Shown piece by piece: positions 18,480 to 30,338 of a DNA stretch of 64,000 nt (within the stretch, counting starts at the first letter, position 1; every line of letters begins with the position of its first letter). The DNA lies in NCBI GenBank assembly GCA_963624045.1, contig CAVFNI010000003.1, positions 41,022 through 105,021 of the forward strand, written 5' to 3'. Made by a program: the position numbers and the translations under genes. The DNA comes from Bacteroidaceae bacterium. Lineage in GTDB: Bacteria; Bacillota_I; Bacilli_A; RFN20; CAG-826. The notes beneath the pieces are model-generated. The model searched no databases, was not told the DNA's origin, and was given only the letters and a program-made list of their open reading frames with translations.

Positions 18480-19730
18480 GTGATGGAACAAATGGTTTAT
18501 GCCGGGAAAAGGGGAGGATGCGGCTTAGCTTCCCTCAAAATGCTCTTGATTCATTATCAGAAGCAACGTCGTTATGCCTATATGGAAAGCGAGCGGAACG
18601 GCGATTTGGAATCGCTACGCTTCTTGGCCGAAAGCGAAGGGGTCGCTTTGTCGTGGAAGAAAAGCGAGGATCATACCGCCTTGCTTCGGAACAAGCGTTA
18701 CCCTCTTTTGTTATTATTGGAAGAGGGAAGTAAAAAGCATCTTGTTTATTTAAGAAAGAGACGAGGCGACCGCTTTTACGTTTATGATCCCGACCGGGGG
18801 GAGATGAAGTTATCCGTCAAAGAACTCTTTCCTAAATGGACGGGGATATATGGCGAGGGCGAATTCGTTAAGAAAATTAAATGCCCTTATAAAAAGATGC
18901 GCCTTTATAGCGTTTTGGGAGTCGCGTCTATTTTGTTGTCGTCATTCCTTGCCGTTTTTTCTTTGGCCGCCGCCTTTTATTTCTTCAAAGAAGACCAAGC
19001 ACCAATAGGAACATTTATTTTTCTCGCTTCCTTCGGGCTTTTCTTCGTTCTTGAACGCTTCTTGCTCATTAAAGAGATGTCGCGTTTCGATGATAGGTAT
19101 TTGCGCCTTCCTTTAAGGAAGAAAGAAAGAAGGGAGACGACGAAGGGCAATTATATGCATTTCCTTTCCTTCAAAAAGCAAGCCTTCTTGCGTTTGAGGT
19201 GGTGGACGGAAGGACCATTTGTCCTATTGGTCGTTTTATTGCTTTTCGGTTTGGATTCGCCGTCTTTTTGGCTCTCCGGCGCCCTTTTGGTTTCGGTGCA
19301 AATCCTCTCCTCTTTCTTCGTTTCCTCACGCTCAAGGAAGGGCGCCCTTAAGGTGATGGAGGCCGAGGAGAAGGTCTTTTCCGAGAGAATAAGCGACCCA
19401 AAGGGGTTAAATGAGGAACTTCGCACCATAAAACGCGAAAGCTATTCGCTATGCCGCCTCTTCGAATATCGGAAAATCCTTTCGATTTGTTTGTTATTGG
19501 CCTTATCTTTCATTCCCGTTTTGTTTGAACAAAGAATCGAACTCAATTATTTCTTGTTGCAGTTTTTTGCTCTCTTCTCCCTCCACGACGCTCTTGCGCC
19601 CCTTTGCGAGATGCTAGCGGGAAGAGATGACTATTTGCGGGAAATGGCCTTTTTCTCCGCTCATTTTTCCTCTAACGAGGCAGAAAGGAGGGATAAAACT
19701 ACTTCTCGTGGCGGCTTTGTGGTAGAGTAG
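18480..19730 (+). CDS. Peptidase C39-like domain fused to a multi-pass membrane domain, with no ABC ATPase domain
   Basis: 416 aa with a GTG start. The N-terminus has GGCGLASLKMLLIHY (C39 catalytic Cys context), KKHLVYL (candidate His) and YVYDPD. By eye there are 4-6 hydrophobic segments. No Walker A/B or LSGGQ motif is present anywhere. Confidence 0.6.
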   Translation: MMEQMVYAGKRGGCGLASLKMLLIHYQKQRRYAYMESERNGDLESLRFLAESEGVALSWKKSEDHTALLRNKRYPLLLLLEEGSKKHLVYLRKRRGDRFYVYDPDRGEMKLSVKELFPKWTGIYGEGEFVKKIKCPYKKMRLYSVLGVASILLSSFLAVFSLAAAFYFFKEDQAPIGTFIFLASFGLFFVLERFLLIKEMSRFDDRYLRLPLRKKERRETTKGNYMHFLSFKKQAFLRLRWWTEGPFVLLVVLLLFGLDSPSFWLSGALLVSVQILSSFFVSSRSRKGALKVMEAEEKVFSERISDPKGLNEELRTIKRESYSLCRLFEYRKILSICLLLALSFIPVLFEQRIELNYFLLQFFALFSLHDALAPLCEMLAGRDDYLREMAFFSAHFSSNEAERRDKTTSRGGFVVE

Positions 19731-19734
19731 GCGC

Positions 19735-20205
19735 ATGGAACTCTTATTCGATAACCCTTTTGGAAGCGAATACGATAGATTGCTGCCGCTATATCGCGAA
19801 TTGGCCGCGAAGACGTTCGCCAAATTGAAGGTTCGCGCCAATTACGAGATCGATGTTTCTCTCGTCGACGAGGAAACGATACAAACCATTAACCGCGATT
19901 ACCGAAAAATCGATCGGGTGACCGATGTCATCAGCTTCGCCTTCAATGACGACACCGATCCGCGTGACCAAATCAATGACGAGAAGACTTTGCGGATGTT
20001 AGGGGAGATTTTGATTTGCTTGCCGCAGGCTAAAAGGCAAGCTGCCGATATCGGCAATAGCGAAAAGCGTGAGCTTTCCTTTTTGTTCGTGCATGGCTTA
20101 TTGCATCTACTTGGATATGACCACCAAACGAAAGAGGAAGAAGAGACCATGTTCGCTTTGCAAGAGGAGATATTGGACGGAGGGAAGAAAAATGCCGATC
20201 AATGA
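19735..20205 (+). CDS. ybeY: rRNA maturation endoribonuclease YbeY
   Basis: 156 aa with the metal-binding motif HGLLHLLGYDH. Confidence 0.93.
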   Translation: MELLFDNPFGSEYDRLLPLYRELAAKTFAKLKVRANYEIDVSLVDEETIQTINRDYRKIDRVTDVISFAFNDDTDPRDQINDEKTLRMLGEILICLPQAKRQAADIGNSEKRELSFLFVHGLLHLLGYDHQTKEEEETMFALQEEILDGGKKNADQ

Positions 20206-20596
20206 AACGGAATTGGTGCAAAAGGCGCAAGAGGCGATGGCTTTGTCGTATTCGCCATATTCGCATTTTCCCGTGGGGGCTGCGATTTTATGCTCCGACG
20301 GGACGATCTATTTGGGGGCCAATGTAGAAAATAGCTCCTTTCCATGCGGCATTTGCGCCGAACGCAACGCCATCTATCACGCGATGATGGAGGGGAAGAG
20401 CAAGGATGATTTTTTGGCTTTGGCCATCATCACGGATACCGATGAGGTCGCTTCGCCATGCGGTCTTTGCCGGCAGGTGATCAGCGAATTATTTCCAGCG
20501 GACGGCTTGATTTATTTAGCGAACACCAAAGGCGATATCCGCTCCACCAACATCGAGGAATTATTGCCTTTCGCCTTCAACGGGGATGAACTTTGA
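20192..20596 (+). CDS. cdd: Cytidine deaminase
   Basis: 134 aa from the ATG at 20192 (MPINETELV...), with zinc motifs CAERNA and PCGLCRQ. The ORF-track start at 20069 lies inside ybeY and is rejected. Confidence 0.9.
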   Translation: MPINETELVQKAQEAMALSYSPYSHFPVGAAILCSDGTIYLGANVENSSFPCGICAERNAIYHAMMEGKSKDDFLALAIITDTDEVASPCGLCRQVISELFPADGLIYLANTKGDIRSTNIEELLPFAFNGDEL

Positions 20597-21483
20597 TGAA
20601 AGCGGGTTTCGTGGCTATCCTCGGGCGTCCTAACGCCGGCAAAAGCACTTTGCTTAACGCTATTTTAAGCAAGAAAGTATCGATTGTTTCACCTCGTTCG
20701 CAAACGACGAGGGACGATATTATCGGCATTTATAACGAAAAGGATCTGCAAATCGTATACGTCGACACCCCGGGGCTATTCGAAGGGGAAGAGGCGCTAT
20801 ATAAGGCCATGTACCACAATGCCCGTCGTTCTTTAAGCGACATCGACGCGCTTTGTTATGTGGTGGACGTCTCTTTGGACGATTACGAGAAAGATGACGC
20901 TTTCTTATCGTCGATCAAAACGGATAAACCGAAATTTTTGCTCCTCAACAAAATCGATTTGGCGACCGCTCCAAAGATGGAAGCGACCAAAAAGCATTTT
21001 TCTAGCAGCGCCCCTCAATATGAGCAAATCGAAATCAGCGCGCTTAGGAATTACGGCCTCAAGGACATAAAAGAAAAAATAAAAGCGGTTTTGCCGGAAA
21101 ACCCGCCTTTTTTCCCAGAAGAGGTCATCACCGACAAAGACAAGCCCTTCATGGCGAAGGAAGTGGTGCGCGAAAGCCTCTTGCATTTCCTTAAGGAAGA
21201 GATCCCCCATGATTGCGCGGTCATGATCGATTCCTTCGAAGAAAAAGAGAAGGCCGTCGTATTGCACGCTTCGATATATTGTTCGAAAGATACCCAAAAG
21301 GCGATCTTGATCGGCAAAGGCGGCGAGATGATCAAGAAAATATCGATGAGAAGCCGTCACCAGCTCGAAAAGATGTGGAAAAAGAACGTCAGCTTATATT
21401 GCAAAGCGGAGGTTCTTTCCGACTGGCGTAGCGACCCGCGGAAACTCGCCAAGGTAGGCTATGGTCGCAAAGAGAGAGATTAA
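20593..21483 (+). CDS. era: GTPase Era
   Basis: 296 aa with GRPNAGKSTLLN, DTPG and NKID motifs plus a C-terminal KH domain (LIGKGGEMIKKI). Confidence 0.96.
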   Translation: MMKAGFVAILGRPNAGKSTLLNAILSKKVSIVSPRSQTTRDDIIGIYNEKDLQIVYVDTPGLFEGEEALYKAMYHNARRSLSDIDALCYVVDVSLDDYEKDDAFLSSIKTDKPKFLLLNKIDLATAPKMEATKKHFSSSAPQYEQIEISALRNYGLKDIKEKIKAVLPENPPFFPEEVITDKDKPFMAKEVVRESLLHFLKEEIPHDCAVMIDSFEEKEKAVVLHASIYCSKDTQKAILIGKGGEMIKKISMRSRHQLEKMWKKNVSLYCKAEVLSDWRSDPRKLAKVGYGRKERD

Positions 21484-22192
21484 AAGATTCAAGGGAATCG
21501 TCATTCGCCGCTCCGATTACCGCGATAACGATCTGATGGTTGAGATCCTTTCTTCCGAAGGAAAGAAATCATTTTTAGCGCGAGGCGCCAAAAAAAGCGG
21601 AAGCAAAAACGCCGCCTCCCTCAATCTCCTTTCCGAGGGCGAATTCTCTTTGCTTCTAAGCCCCAATGGCCATCTTTCTTTGCAAGAAGGAATCCCTTTA
21701 TCTTCCGTCGATGGCCAAGATGATTTGATGAGGTTGGCGATTTACGGCCTTTTGGCCGAATTATCGCGTTTTTTGATCGGCGAGGCGGAGAGCGAGGAAG
21801 GTTTCATGTGGCTTTCTAAGTGCCTCGAAGCGATGCGTGGAGGCTATGACCCTCTTAGCGCCGCCCTCATCTATATGGCCTTTCTTCTTAAGAAAAACGG
21901 TTATGGGCTATGCGTCGATCACTGCGTTAGATGCGGCACAAAGAGAGAAATAAGCGGCCTTTCTTACCTAGATGGCGGCTTTCTTTGTAAAAAGCATCTT
22001 CATGAAGGCGAACTAAAGGACGCCTATACGCTTAAGGTGATTCGTTATTGCTATATGTTGCCCTTGACGGAAATGGGGAAGGTCGCCTTTCAAAAGGACG
22101 CTTCTTTGTCCTTGCTTCGCGAATGGTCGCAAAATATCGAGGAGTGGTTGGGCATAAAATTACGTTCCGTTGAGCTCTTATCGCTATTTTGA
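21461..22192 (+). CDS. recO: DNA repair protein RecO
   Basis: 243 aa with an N-terminal OB-fold region (KGIVIRRSDYRDNDLMVEIL) and a zinc module CVRCG...CKKH. It lies in the era-recO order. Confidence 0.85.
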   Translation: MVAKREIKRFKGIVIRRSDYRDNDLMVEILSSEGKKSFLARGAKKSGSKNAASLNLLSEGEFSLLLSPNGHLSLQEGIPLSSVDGQDDLMRLAIYGLLAELSRFLIGEAESEEGFMWLSKCLEAMRGGYDPLSAALIYMAFLLKKNGYGLCVDHCVRCGTKREISGLSYLDGGFLCKKHLHEGELKDAYTLKVIRYCYMLPLTEMGKVAFQKDASLSLLREWSQNIEEWLGIKLRSVELLSLF

Positions 22193-22208
22193 GTTCACTT
22201 ATAGTGTG

Positions 22209-22236
22209 TTGACATCGTTTCAGAGGTCTTTAGAAT
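22209..22236 (+). promoter_or_regulatory. Putative glyQS promoter (TTGACA-16 nt-TAGAAT)
   Basis: TTGACA at 22209-22214 and TAGAAT at 22231-22236, leaving only ~30 nt of leader before the ATG at 22271. Confidence 0.5.
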
Positions 22237-22270
22237 TGTAACGTCTTTTTGGTTTAGGGAGAGTGAAAAA

Positions 22271-23650
<1,380 letters not shown>

Positions 23651-23656
23651 GGGTAA

Positions 23657-25483
23657 GTGATGCAAGATTCACGCGCGTTGATTGATTCCATATTATCCCA
23701 AACGGATATCGTGACGGTCATCTCCTCTTATATCAAAGTGGAGCAAAAAGGCCGTAATTACGTTTCCGTCTGCCCTTTTCATGATGATCACCATCCTTCG
23801 ATGAGCATCTCCAAAGAAAAACAGATTTTCAAATGCTTCTCTTGCGGAGCGAGCGGCAACGCCATCTCCTTCGTTGAGAAATATGAGCACATCCCCTTTT
23901 TCGAGGCTTTGCGCAAAGTGGCCGAAATCATGGGGATCGACGATGCGCGGCTAAAAAGCGATGCCTATGCGCCCAAGATAGATCCGCAGACGGCGGCGTT
24001 ATATTCCTGTATTAACGATTTGGCCCGTTTTTATGAATACGCCCTTACCACCAAAGAAGGAGAAACGGCGCGCGAATATCTCGTCAAACGGGGCATAACC
24101 CAGGAAGACGTCGCTAAATATTCCATTGGATATAGTCCTCGTGACGGACAAAAAACCATCGAATACCTTCGCAAAAAAGGCCATTCCGTTAAGACGATAG
24201 AAGATATTGGGATCAGCGTCGCGAAGGCGGAAGGCATGTCCGACACCAACGCCGGGCGCCTCATGTTCTCCATCAAAGACCCGCGTGGTCAGATTGTCGG
24301 TTATAGCGCTAGACGTTTGGCCGATGACGGCTCTCCGAAATACATCAATTCCCCCGAAACGCCAATCTTTAAGAAAAGAAACGTCTTATATAATTACCAC
24401 AATATTCGCCAAGTGGCCCACCACGAAGGCTATGTTTACCTTTTAGAAGGGTTTATGGACGTCATCGCTTTAGGGCATGCCAATATCCCTAGCGCCGTAG
24501 CACTTATGGGGACGAGCCTGACCGCCGATCAAATCGCCCTTTTAAGGCATCTTAACGCCGAAGTGCGCCTCTCTTTGGATGGCGATGCTCCTGGACAAGA
24601 GGGGATGATGAAAATCATTGCCCAACTCAACAAAGCCGGCCTTTCCTTCCGTTTGGTGAATAACCCTGGCGATACGCGCGATCCCGACGATATTTATAGC
24701 GAAGAAGGACCCGAGAAACTTCGCCAGGCGATGAATAATCTCGTCGACCCCTTCACCTTCCAAGTCAATTATTATTCGTCCATCCGTCATTTGGAAACGC
24801 CTGAGGAGCGCCTCAAGGTGATGCATTATTTCATTCCTCAGCTCCGTAACCTTCCGGCCGGATTGGAACGGGAAAACACCATCGTCAAACTTTCCAAAGC
24901 GACGGGATACGAAGTCGAAGCCATCCGCGCGGAAATCAATAAAGCCCCGCCAGGAGAAAAAACGGAAGAGGAGGTCGATTACGTTGAAGAAATCGAGCTT
25001 AATAACCTTTACCCCAAGGAACGCTTCCGCAAAAGGCTCTTCAAAGCCGAAAGAGAGACTCTCTATTACATGCTAAGCCATACGGAAGCTGTCCGATTCT
25101 TCATGGATAACATCGATAACTTCTATACGCCAAGTTATAACGAAATCGCCAATTACATCGTCGATTACGTCAAGGAAAGGGGAGGGGATATCTCCTTGCC
25201 GCTTCTCGTAAGCGATATCGAAAGCGATCTCGAGGAAGAGGAAAAAGATTCCTTGGTTGCTACCATCAGCGACGTGTCTAGCGATAATTATCATCCCGAA
25301 TTTAGCCTCGAACAGCTTCGTTCTTGCGCCGCCGCCATCGGCGAGGAAAAAGAGAAAATGTCCGATGAAGCCGCTTTGCGGAAGAGTCTATCCGACGACC
25401 TAGCCAGCCAAACCGAAGCCCTTGCGGAGTACGCCAAACGCCATAAAGAACGGCTCCGTCAGAAAAAGAAAACGATCAAATAG
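23657..25483 (+). CDS. dnaG: DNA primase
   Basis: 608 aa with the zinc finger [30 protein letters not shown] and [15 protein letters not shown]...DGDAPGQ. It is upstream of sigA as in the MMS operon. Confidence 0.95.
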   Translation: MMQDSRALIDSILSQTDIVTVISSYIKVEQKGRNYVSVCPFHDDHHPSMSISKEKQIFKCFSCGASGNAISFVEKYEHIPFFEALRKVAEIMGIDDARLKSDAYAPKIDPQTAALYSCINDLARFYEYALTTKEGETAREYLVKRGITQEDVAKYSIGYSPRDGQKTIEYLRKKGHSVKTIEDIGISVAKAEGMSDTNAGRLMFSIKDPRGQIVGYSARRLADDGSPKYINSPETPIFKKRNVLYNYHNIRQVAHHEGYVYLLEGFMDVIALGHANIPSAVALMGTSLTADQIALLRHLNAEVRLSLDGDAPGQEGMMKIIAQLNKAGLSFRLVNNPGDTRDPDDIYSEEGPEKLRQAMNNLVDPFTFQVNYYSSIRHLETPEERLKVMHYFIPQLRNLPAGLERENTIVKLSKATGYEVEAIRAEINKAPPGEKTEEEVDYVEEIELNNLYPKERFRKRLFKAERETLYYMLSHTEAVRFFMDNIDNFYTPSYNEIANYIVDYVKERGGDISLPLLVSDIESDLEEEEKDSLVATISDVSSDNYHPEFSLEQLRSCAAAIGEEKEKMSDEAALRKSLSDDLASQTEALAEYAKRHKERLRQKKKTIK

Positions 25484-25500
25484 AAAGGAAAAAAAGCCCC

Positions 25501-26913
25501 ATGACAGCCAAAAAAACCAAGAAAGAAGAATTAGTAGAAGAAGAGAAGAAAGTCGCAAGCGACGCCGAGGCAGAAGAGGATCTTTTTGATCTCGAAATCG
25601 AAGACGAGGAAGAAGACGAAGGCCTTATCAAAACTTTCGAAAACGTTAAAAAAGAGCTTTTGAGCAAAGCGAAAGCTAATGGCAATTCCATCACGCAAGA
25701 CGAAATCATGGACGCCCTTCAAAAATTCGATTATAGCGATGACGACTATGCCGGAATCATCACTTTCTTCCAAGAAAATAGCGTCAACGTCGAGTCCGAT
25801 GAGGAGGAGATGGCGTTAGACGAAGACGGCCCCACGGAAGCCGACTTGCTTAAGGACGAGGAGGACGAAGACGATTTAGACGACGTCGACGAAAGCGAGA
25901 AAGCGGAAATCGAGGACGTCGATGAATTCTCCAAAATTCAATCGGGCGAAGTTAAAGTAAACGATTCCGTCAAGATGTATTTGAAGGAAATCGGCAAAGT
26001 CAATTTGCTTAACGCCAAGCAAGAGACGGAACTCGCCATGCGCATCGCCGCGGGCGATAAAGCCAAAGCCGAGCTCGATAAGATCGTCGCTGGCGGTGAT
26101 GAAGCGGCCATTCGCGAAGCCAAATATCTCATCGCCGATGGCGGAGCGGCCAAAGATCAGCTTATCACTGCCAACCTTCGTTTGGTAATCGCCATCGCCA
26201 AGCATTATGTTGGACGTGGCATGCATTTCCTCGATCTCATACAAGAAGGAAATATGGGTCTCATCAAAGCGGTCGAAAAATTCGATTATACCAAAGGTTT
26301 CAAGTTCTCGACCTATGCGACTTGGTGGATTAGGCAAGCCATCACCCGCGCCATCGCCGACCAAGCTAGGACCATCCGCATCCCCGTCCATATGGTTGAG
26401 ACGATCAACAAGATGACGAGGATCCAACGCACGCTCGTGCAAGAACTCGGACGCGATCCGACGGCAGAGGAAATAAGCGAGAGGATGGATGGCGCCCTTT
26501 CCCCTGAAAGAATCAGGGAGATCCAACGCATCGCTTTGGAGCCTGTCTCTTTGGAAACGCCAATCGGCGAGGAAGATGATTCCCATTTGGGCGATTTCAT
26601 CGAAGACAAAGACGCCCAATCGCCCGAAGAATTCACCACCAAATCGTTACTTAAGGACGAATTGTATGACATCATGCGCGACCTTACCGACCGGGAAGAG
26701 AGGGTTTTGCGCCTTCGTTATGGCCTTGACGACAATCGTCCGCGGACTTTGGAGGAAGTTGGACGCGAATTCGGCGTCACCCGCGAACGTATCAGGCAAA
26801 TAGAAGCCAAGGCCATCAGGAAGCTTCGCCATCCGACGAGAGCCAAGCGTCTTGGCGATTATCGTGATTCCATCTATTTTAGTGGCCCCGAGACCCATAA
26901 CAAGGATCGTTGA
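25501..26913 (+). CDS. rpoD: Primary RNA polymerase sigma factor (SigA/RpoD)
   Basis: 470 aa. It has an acidic region 1.1, region 2 ([41 protein letters not shown]), region 3, and region 4.2 ([20 protein letters not shown]). Confidence 0.96.
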   Translation: MTAKKTKKEELVEEEKKVASDAEAEEDLFDLEIEDEEEDEGLIKTFENVKKELLSKAKANGNSITQDEIMDALQKFDYSDDDYAGIITFFQENSVNVESDEEEMALDEDGPTEADLLKDEEDEDDLDDVDESEKAEIEDVDEFSKIQSGEVKVNDSVKMYLKEIGKVNLLNAKQETELAMRIAAGDKAKAELDKIVAGGDEAAIREAKYLIADGGAAKDQLITANLRLVIAIAKHYVGRGMHFLDLIQEGNMGLIKAVEKFDYTKGFKFSTYATWWIRQAITRAIADQARTIRIPVHMVETINKMTRIQRTLVQELGRDPTAEEISERMDGALSPERIREIQRIALEPVSLETPIGEEDDSHLGDFIEDKDAQSPEEFTTKSLLKDELYDIMRDLTDREERVLRLRYGLDDNRPRTLEEVGREFGVTRERIRQIEAKAIRKLRHPTRAKRLGDYRDSIYFSGPETHNKDR

Positions 26914-27989
26914 TGGAGAAAGAAGATAAAATCGCTTCCGCCGTCATGGAAGCAAGGAATAGTAGAAAAAAGAACGGCTATCTCGCCGTCGACGGCTTTT
27001 GGGATATCGCCGATCGCCATTCGTTATCGGAAAAAGAGGCGGAAGAGGCTCTTTTCCGTCTTTCGAAAGAGGGCATTAAGCCGCAGGTTCGCCTCGACGA
27101 AGGGCCAGTGAATAAAGCCGTCAACGACAGTTTGAGTTTTTATTATAGCCAAATGGGAAAATACCCCCTTTTGGACGAGGAGAAAATGGATGAATGTGCT
27201 AGAAAAGTCCGAGAAATCCCTCATTTGGAAGCGTCCTTGAAAGCCAATGGAGACGACCAAGAAACAAAACAAAAATTAGAAGAGGCGAAAAGAAGCAAGG
27301 ACGAAATGATTTTAGCTAATCTTCGTTTGGTCGTTTCCATCGCCAAAAAATACGGAGATTATGCGCATTCGACGCCTCTTATCGATCTCATCCAAGAAGG
27401 GAATATCGGTTTAGAGAAGGCGGTGAGCCGCTTTGACCCCGATAAAGGGGTTTGCTTTTCGACTTATGCTTATTATTGGATTAGACAATCGATCATCGGA
27501 TATCTCAACGGCGATTCTCGCCTAATCCATATACCGACTAGGGCTTTAAGCAATCTCCGCTTGGTTCAGAAAACGATCGATGAGCTTTCCCAAAACTTAG
27601 GAAGGGAGCCTTCGATTAACGAAATCTCATGCCAAAGTGGTCTCTCCATCGAGCAAATCTCCGAATGCCTATCCCTTCCTTTGAATCTGCTTTCCATCGA
27701 TGCCCCAATCGATCAAGATGGCGACGATTTCTCGTCATTCATCGCTTCGGACGATGAAGAGAAAAGCAAAAGCGAAATCGAGCGAAAAGAAGACGATATC
27801 GCGGTGCAAGACGCCATCAATTGTCTCACGGAGCGGGAAAAGGATATCGTTGTCCGTAATTTCGGCTTGAATGGCGGAGAGCCGGAAAGCCTAGAAGCGA
27901 TCGGAAAATCATATGGGATAACGCGGGAAAGGGCGCGGCAGATACGCGAAAAGGCGCTTATTAAAATGCGAAAAGGAATCAAAAGATGA
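26910..27989 (+). CDS. Second sigma-70 family factor with regions 1.2-4 (primary-like paralogue)
   Basis: 359 aa. Its start overlaps the rpoD stop (ATGA). It has region 1.2-like [18 protein letters not shown], region 2 ([37 protein letters not shown]) and region 4.2 ([19 protein letters not shown]). Confidence 0.8.
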   Translation: MMEKEDKIASAVMEARNSRKKNGYLAVDGFWDIADRHSLSEKEAEEALFRLSKEGIKPQVRLDEGPVNKAVNDSLSFYYSQMGKYPLLDEEKMDECARKVREIPHLEASLKANGDDQETKQKLEEAKRSKDEMILANLRLVVSIAKKYGDYAHSTPLIDLIQEGNIGLEKAVSRFDPDKGVCFSTYAYYWIRQSIIGYLNGDSRLIHIPTRALSNLRLVQKTIDELSQNLGREPSINEISCQSGLSIEQISECLSLPLNLLSIDAPIDQDGDDFSSFIASDDEEKSKSEIERKEDDIAVQDAINCLTEREKDIVVRNFGLNGGEPESLEAIGKSYGITRERARQIREKALIKMRKGIKR

Positions 27990-28651
27990 TTTCCCTTTCC
28001 CCGCGTTTGCTTTCCTTGTCTGGAATGGTCGATAAAGGCTCTTATATCGCTGATGTCGGCAGCGACCATTGCGCGCTTCCCATCTACCTTTTTGAAAAGG
28101 GATTTATTAGAGGCGCCATGGCGATTGAGAACAAAAAGAAACCCTTTGAACGGATGAAAAAGGCCGTCGAAGCGACTTCTTTCCCGATAATCACCTCCCT
28201 TTCCGATGGCTTAGAAGCGCTTAATAAAGAAGTCGATACCATCGTTTTGGCGGGGATGGGTGGCAACCTCATCATCGATATCCTAAAAAAAGGAAGAAAT
28301 AAATTAGCTAACATCAAAACGATTATCATCGACGCCCATAACGACCATCCGAAGGTAATCGCCTTTTTGGCTATGGAAGGCTATCATCTTGCACAAAATG
28401 AATTTCTATATGACGCTGGCGTTTATTATGACCTCATGAAATGGGAAAAGGGGGCGCCTAGCGCGTCTTATAGCGAATTAGAGCTCAAATATGGGCCACT
28501 TAATGTCCTGACTAAGCCTAAGGAATGGCAGAACTGGCTCCGCCATAAAATCACGGAAAAGAAAGCTATCGTCGATGCAATAGGTAAGAAAAATGAAAAA
28601 GTCCTCGCTTTGGAGAAGGAAATAGACGAGATGGAGGGGTTGTTACGATGA
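27986..28651 (+). CDS. trmK: tRNA (adenine22-N1)-methyltransferase TrmK-like
   Basis: 221 aa with IADVGSDHCALPIYL and IVLAGMGGNLI, typical of the TrmK/YqfN family. It is in the conserved position before nif3 (yqfO). Confidence 0.85.
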   Translation: MISLSPRLLSLSGMVDKGSYIADVGSDHCALPIYLFEKGFIRGAMAIENKKKPFERMKKAVEATSFPIITSLSDGLEALNKEVDTIVLAGMGGNLIIDILKKGRNKLANIKTIIIDAHNDHPKVIAFLAMEGYHLAQNEFLYDAGVYYDLMKWEKGAPSASYSELELKYGPLNVLTKPKEWQNWLRHKITEKKAIVDAIGKKNEKVLALEKEIDEMEGLLR

Positions 28652-29427
28652 AAACGGCTTCTTTGCTTAGGTCTTTAGCGGCATTCTATCCGGCTAAATT
28701 ACGCGAACCATACGATTACGGCGGGCTTATGGTCGGACATTACAAAGTAGAGACCCAACGCATTTTCCTGTCTTTGGATTTCGATCGGACCTTATTCGAT
28801 GAGGTTCTTTCCTTCAAACCAGATCTCATCATCACCCATCATCCCTTTTTCTTCGGAAAGAAGAAGGAAATCCTCGAAAGAGACGAAGAAAAGCGGGAAA
28901 GCTATGCGTTTTTGGAAAGAAATGACATCCCATTAAGCAGCTATCACACCAATTTCGACCGCGCCAAAGAAGGGATGAACGATGCCATCGCTTTAGCGCT
29001 AGGTTTGCAAAATGTCCGCGAACTAGAGGGCGATAATATGGCTAGGGGCGGCCTTTTGCCTTATGAGATGAATCAAAAAGAATTCGTTTTGTATGTTTTG
29101 AAAGCGTTATCGCTCCCTTATGGCACCTTTATTGGCGAAGGCAAAGAGAAGATAAGAAAAGTGGCCGTAATCGGCGGTGGCGGTTATAGAAGCGCTCTTA
29201 TTGCCAAGCAAGAAGGCTATGACGCCTTCATATCAGGCGATTGCCCACATCATGCAAGAAGGGAAATGATACTATCTCATTACAATTATCTAGATATACC
29301 GCATGAAGTCGAAGAAATATTTATTGACCAAATGACTAAAACTTTACTAAAAATAAACCAAAATTTAACTATTAAAGGCGTAAAGCACGAGCGACCGGCA
29401 ACTCTTTTTTATAACGATTCCAAATAG
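28648..29427 (+). CDS. Nif3-like dinuclear metal centre protein (YqfO family)
   Basis: 259 aa with DLIITHHPFFF and SYHTNFD metal-ligand motifs and a C-terminal GDCPHH. It follows trmK as in Bacillus. Confidence 0.85.
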   Translation: MKTASLLRSLAAFYPAKLREPYDYGGLMVGHYKVETQRIFLSLDFDRTLFDEVLSFKPDLIITHHPFFFGKKKEILERDEEKRESYAFLERNDIPLSSYHTNFDRAKEGMNDAIALALGLQNVRELEGDNMARGGLLPYEMNQKEFVLYVLKALSLPYGTFIGEGKEKIRKVAVIGGGGYRSALIAKQEGYDAFISGDCPHHARREMILSHYNYLDIPHEVEEIFIDQMTKTLLKINQNLTIKGVKHERPATLFYNDSK

Positions 29428-30275
29428 GCTTTCGATTTACGGACGTCCGCTTCGTCGGTCGAGGCGCCGCTAGATAAAAGGGCGTGATGATGACCAATAA
29501 GCGCCTTTTTATCGATATCGGTGGCGGATAGGACTAAAAATGCATCGATGCCTGGGAAAGCGCTTTTAGCGAGGTTAAGAAGCTCCTTGCTGTTATTGCT
29601 AGTGCGACTGCCAAGAATCACGACGAGGTCGATGCCTTCGCGTTTCTTTTGGATGCCTTCTTGTCTTTTTTGGGCATCGGGGCAACGCTTGGCTTGGATA
29701 CTCGCTTGGGGATCAATCGTCTTTATTTCTTCGATCGCTTCTTTGATTTTGCTTTGCGACACGGTCGTTTGGGAGAAGACGACTATCGACGTTCCGTCAG
29801 CATTCTTTTTGAAGGCGTCGACCCCCTCATATAAATGCACTTTGGGGCTTATCGACAGGGCGGAGATGGCTTCGGCATGGCCTTTTTTACCGATATAGTA
29901 GACTTCTTGCTCATTTTCGATCGCTTCTTTAATGCGTTTTTCGTTCAATTTGACGAAAGGGCAAGTGGCGTCATATACGATAAGGCCCTTAGCAGCGGCG
30001 ATTTCCTCGTATTCGGAAGGATGGCCGTGCGCCGAAAAGCAGATGACGCTGCCTTTTTCCAATTTCCAAAGCTCCTTTTTTATTGCCTTCTCATCGCCGT
30101 CAAGGAAGACGAATCCGCCTTTTTGAAGGCTGTCGGTCACTTTTTCATTATGAACGAGGGCCCCGATGAGATATATTGTTTCGGTGGGGTGTTTTTTCTT
30201 AGCGAGAAAAGCCGTTTGCAAGGCGCGTGTCACCCCGCCGCAGAATCCATATGGTTCGATGAGAGTGACTTTCAT
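29409..30275 (-). CDS. ispH: 4-hydroxy-3-methylbut-2-enyl diphosphate reductase (IspH/LytB)
   Basis: MKVTLIEPYGFCGGVTRA..., three-Cys pattern (GFCGG, ATCPFV, and C near KRCPDA) and SSNSKEL. I chose the start at 30275 (288 aa); in-frame alternatives are 30293 and 30389. No clear SD is visible. Confidence 0.88.
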   Translation of the reverse strand: MKVTLIEPYGFCGGVTRALQTAFLAKKKHPTETIYLIGALVHNEKVTDSLQKGGFVFLDGDEKAIKKELWKLEKGSVICFSAHGHPSEYEEIAAAKGLIVYDATCPFVKLNEKRIKEAIENEQEVYYIGKKGHAEAISALSISPKVHLYEGVDAFKKNADGTSIVVFSQTTVSQSKIKEAIEEIKTIDPQASIQAKRCPDAQKRQEGIQKKREGIDLVVILGSRTSNNSKELLNLAKSAFPGIDAFLVLSATDIDKKALIGHHHALLSSGASTDEADVRKSKAYLESL

Positions 30276-30338
30276 GGTTGCATTATCCGACATTATGGCC
30301 AAGAAGTAGAGAAGAAAGCGTCGGAAGGGAGCGAAAAA

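Noticed and set aside
20069-20191. 5' extension of the cdd ORF, and likewise 18174-18233 for rpsU and 33115-33150 for the MBL hydrolase.
   Set aside because: The extensions run through the upstream gene or terminator. The internal ATGs give proteins of canonical length and N-terminus.
29835-30338. N-terminal 168-aa extension of the DEAD-box helicase ORF in the ORF track.
   Set aside because: The extension is antisense to ispH and has no helicase similarity. A good SD (GGAAGGGAG) precedes the internal ATG at 30339, which is followed by the Q motif at the normal distance.
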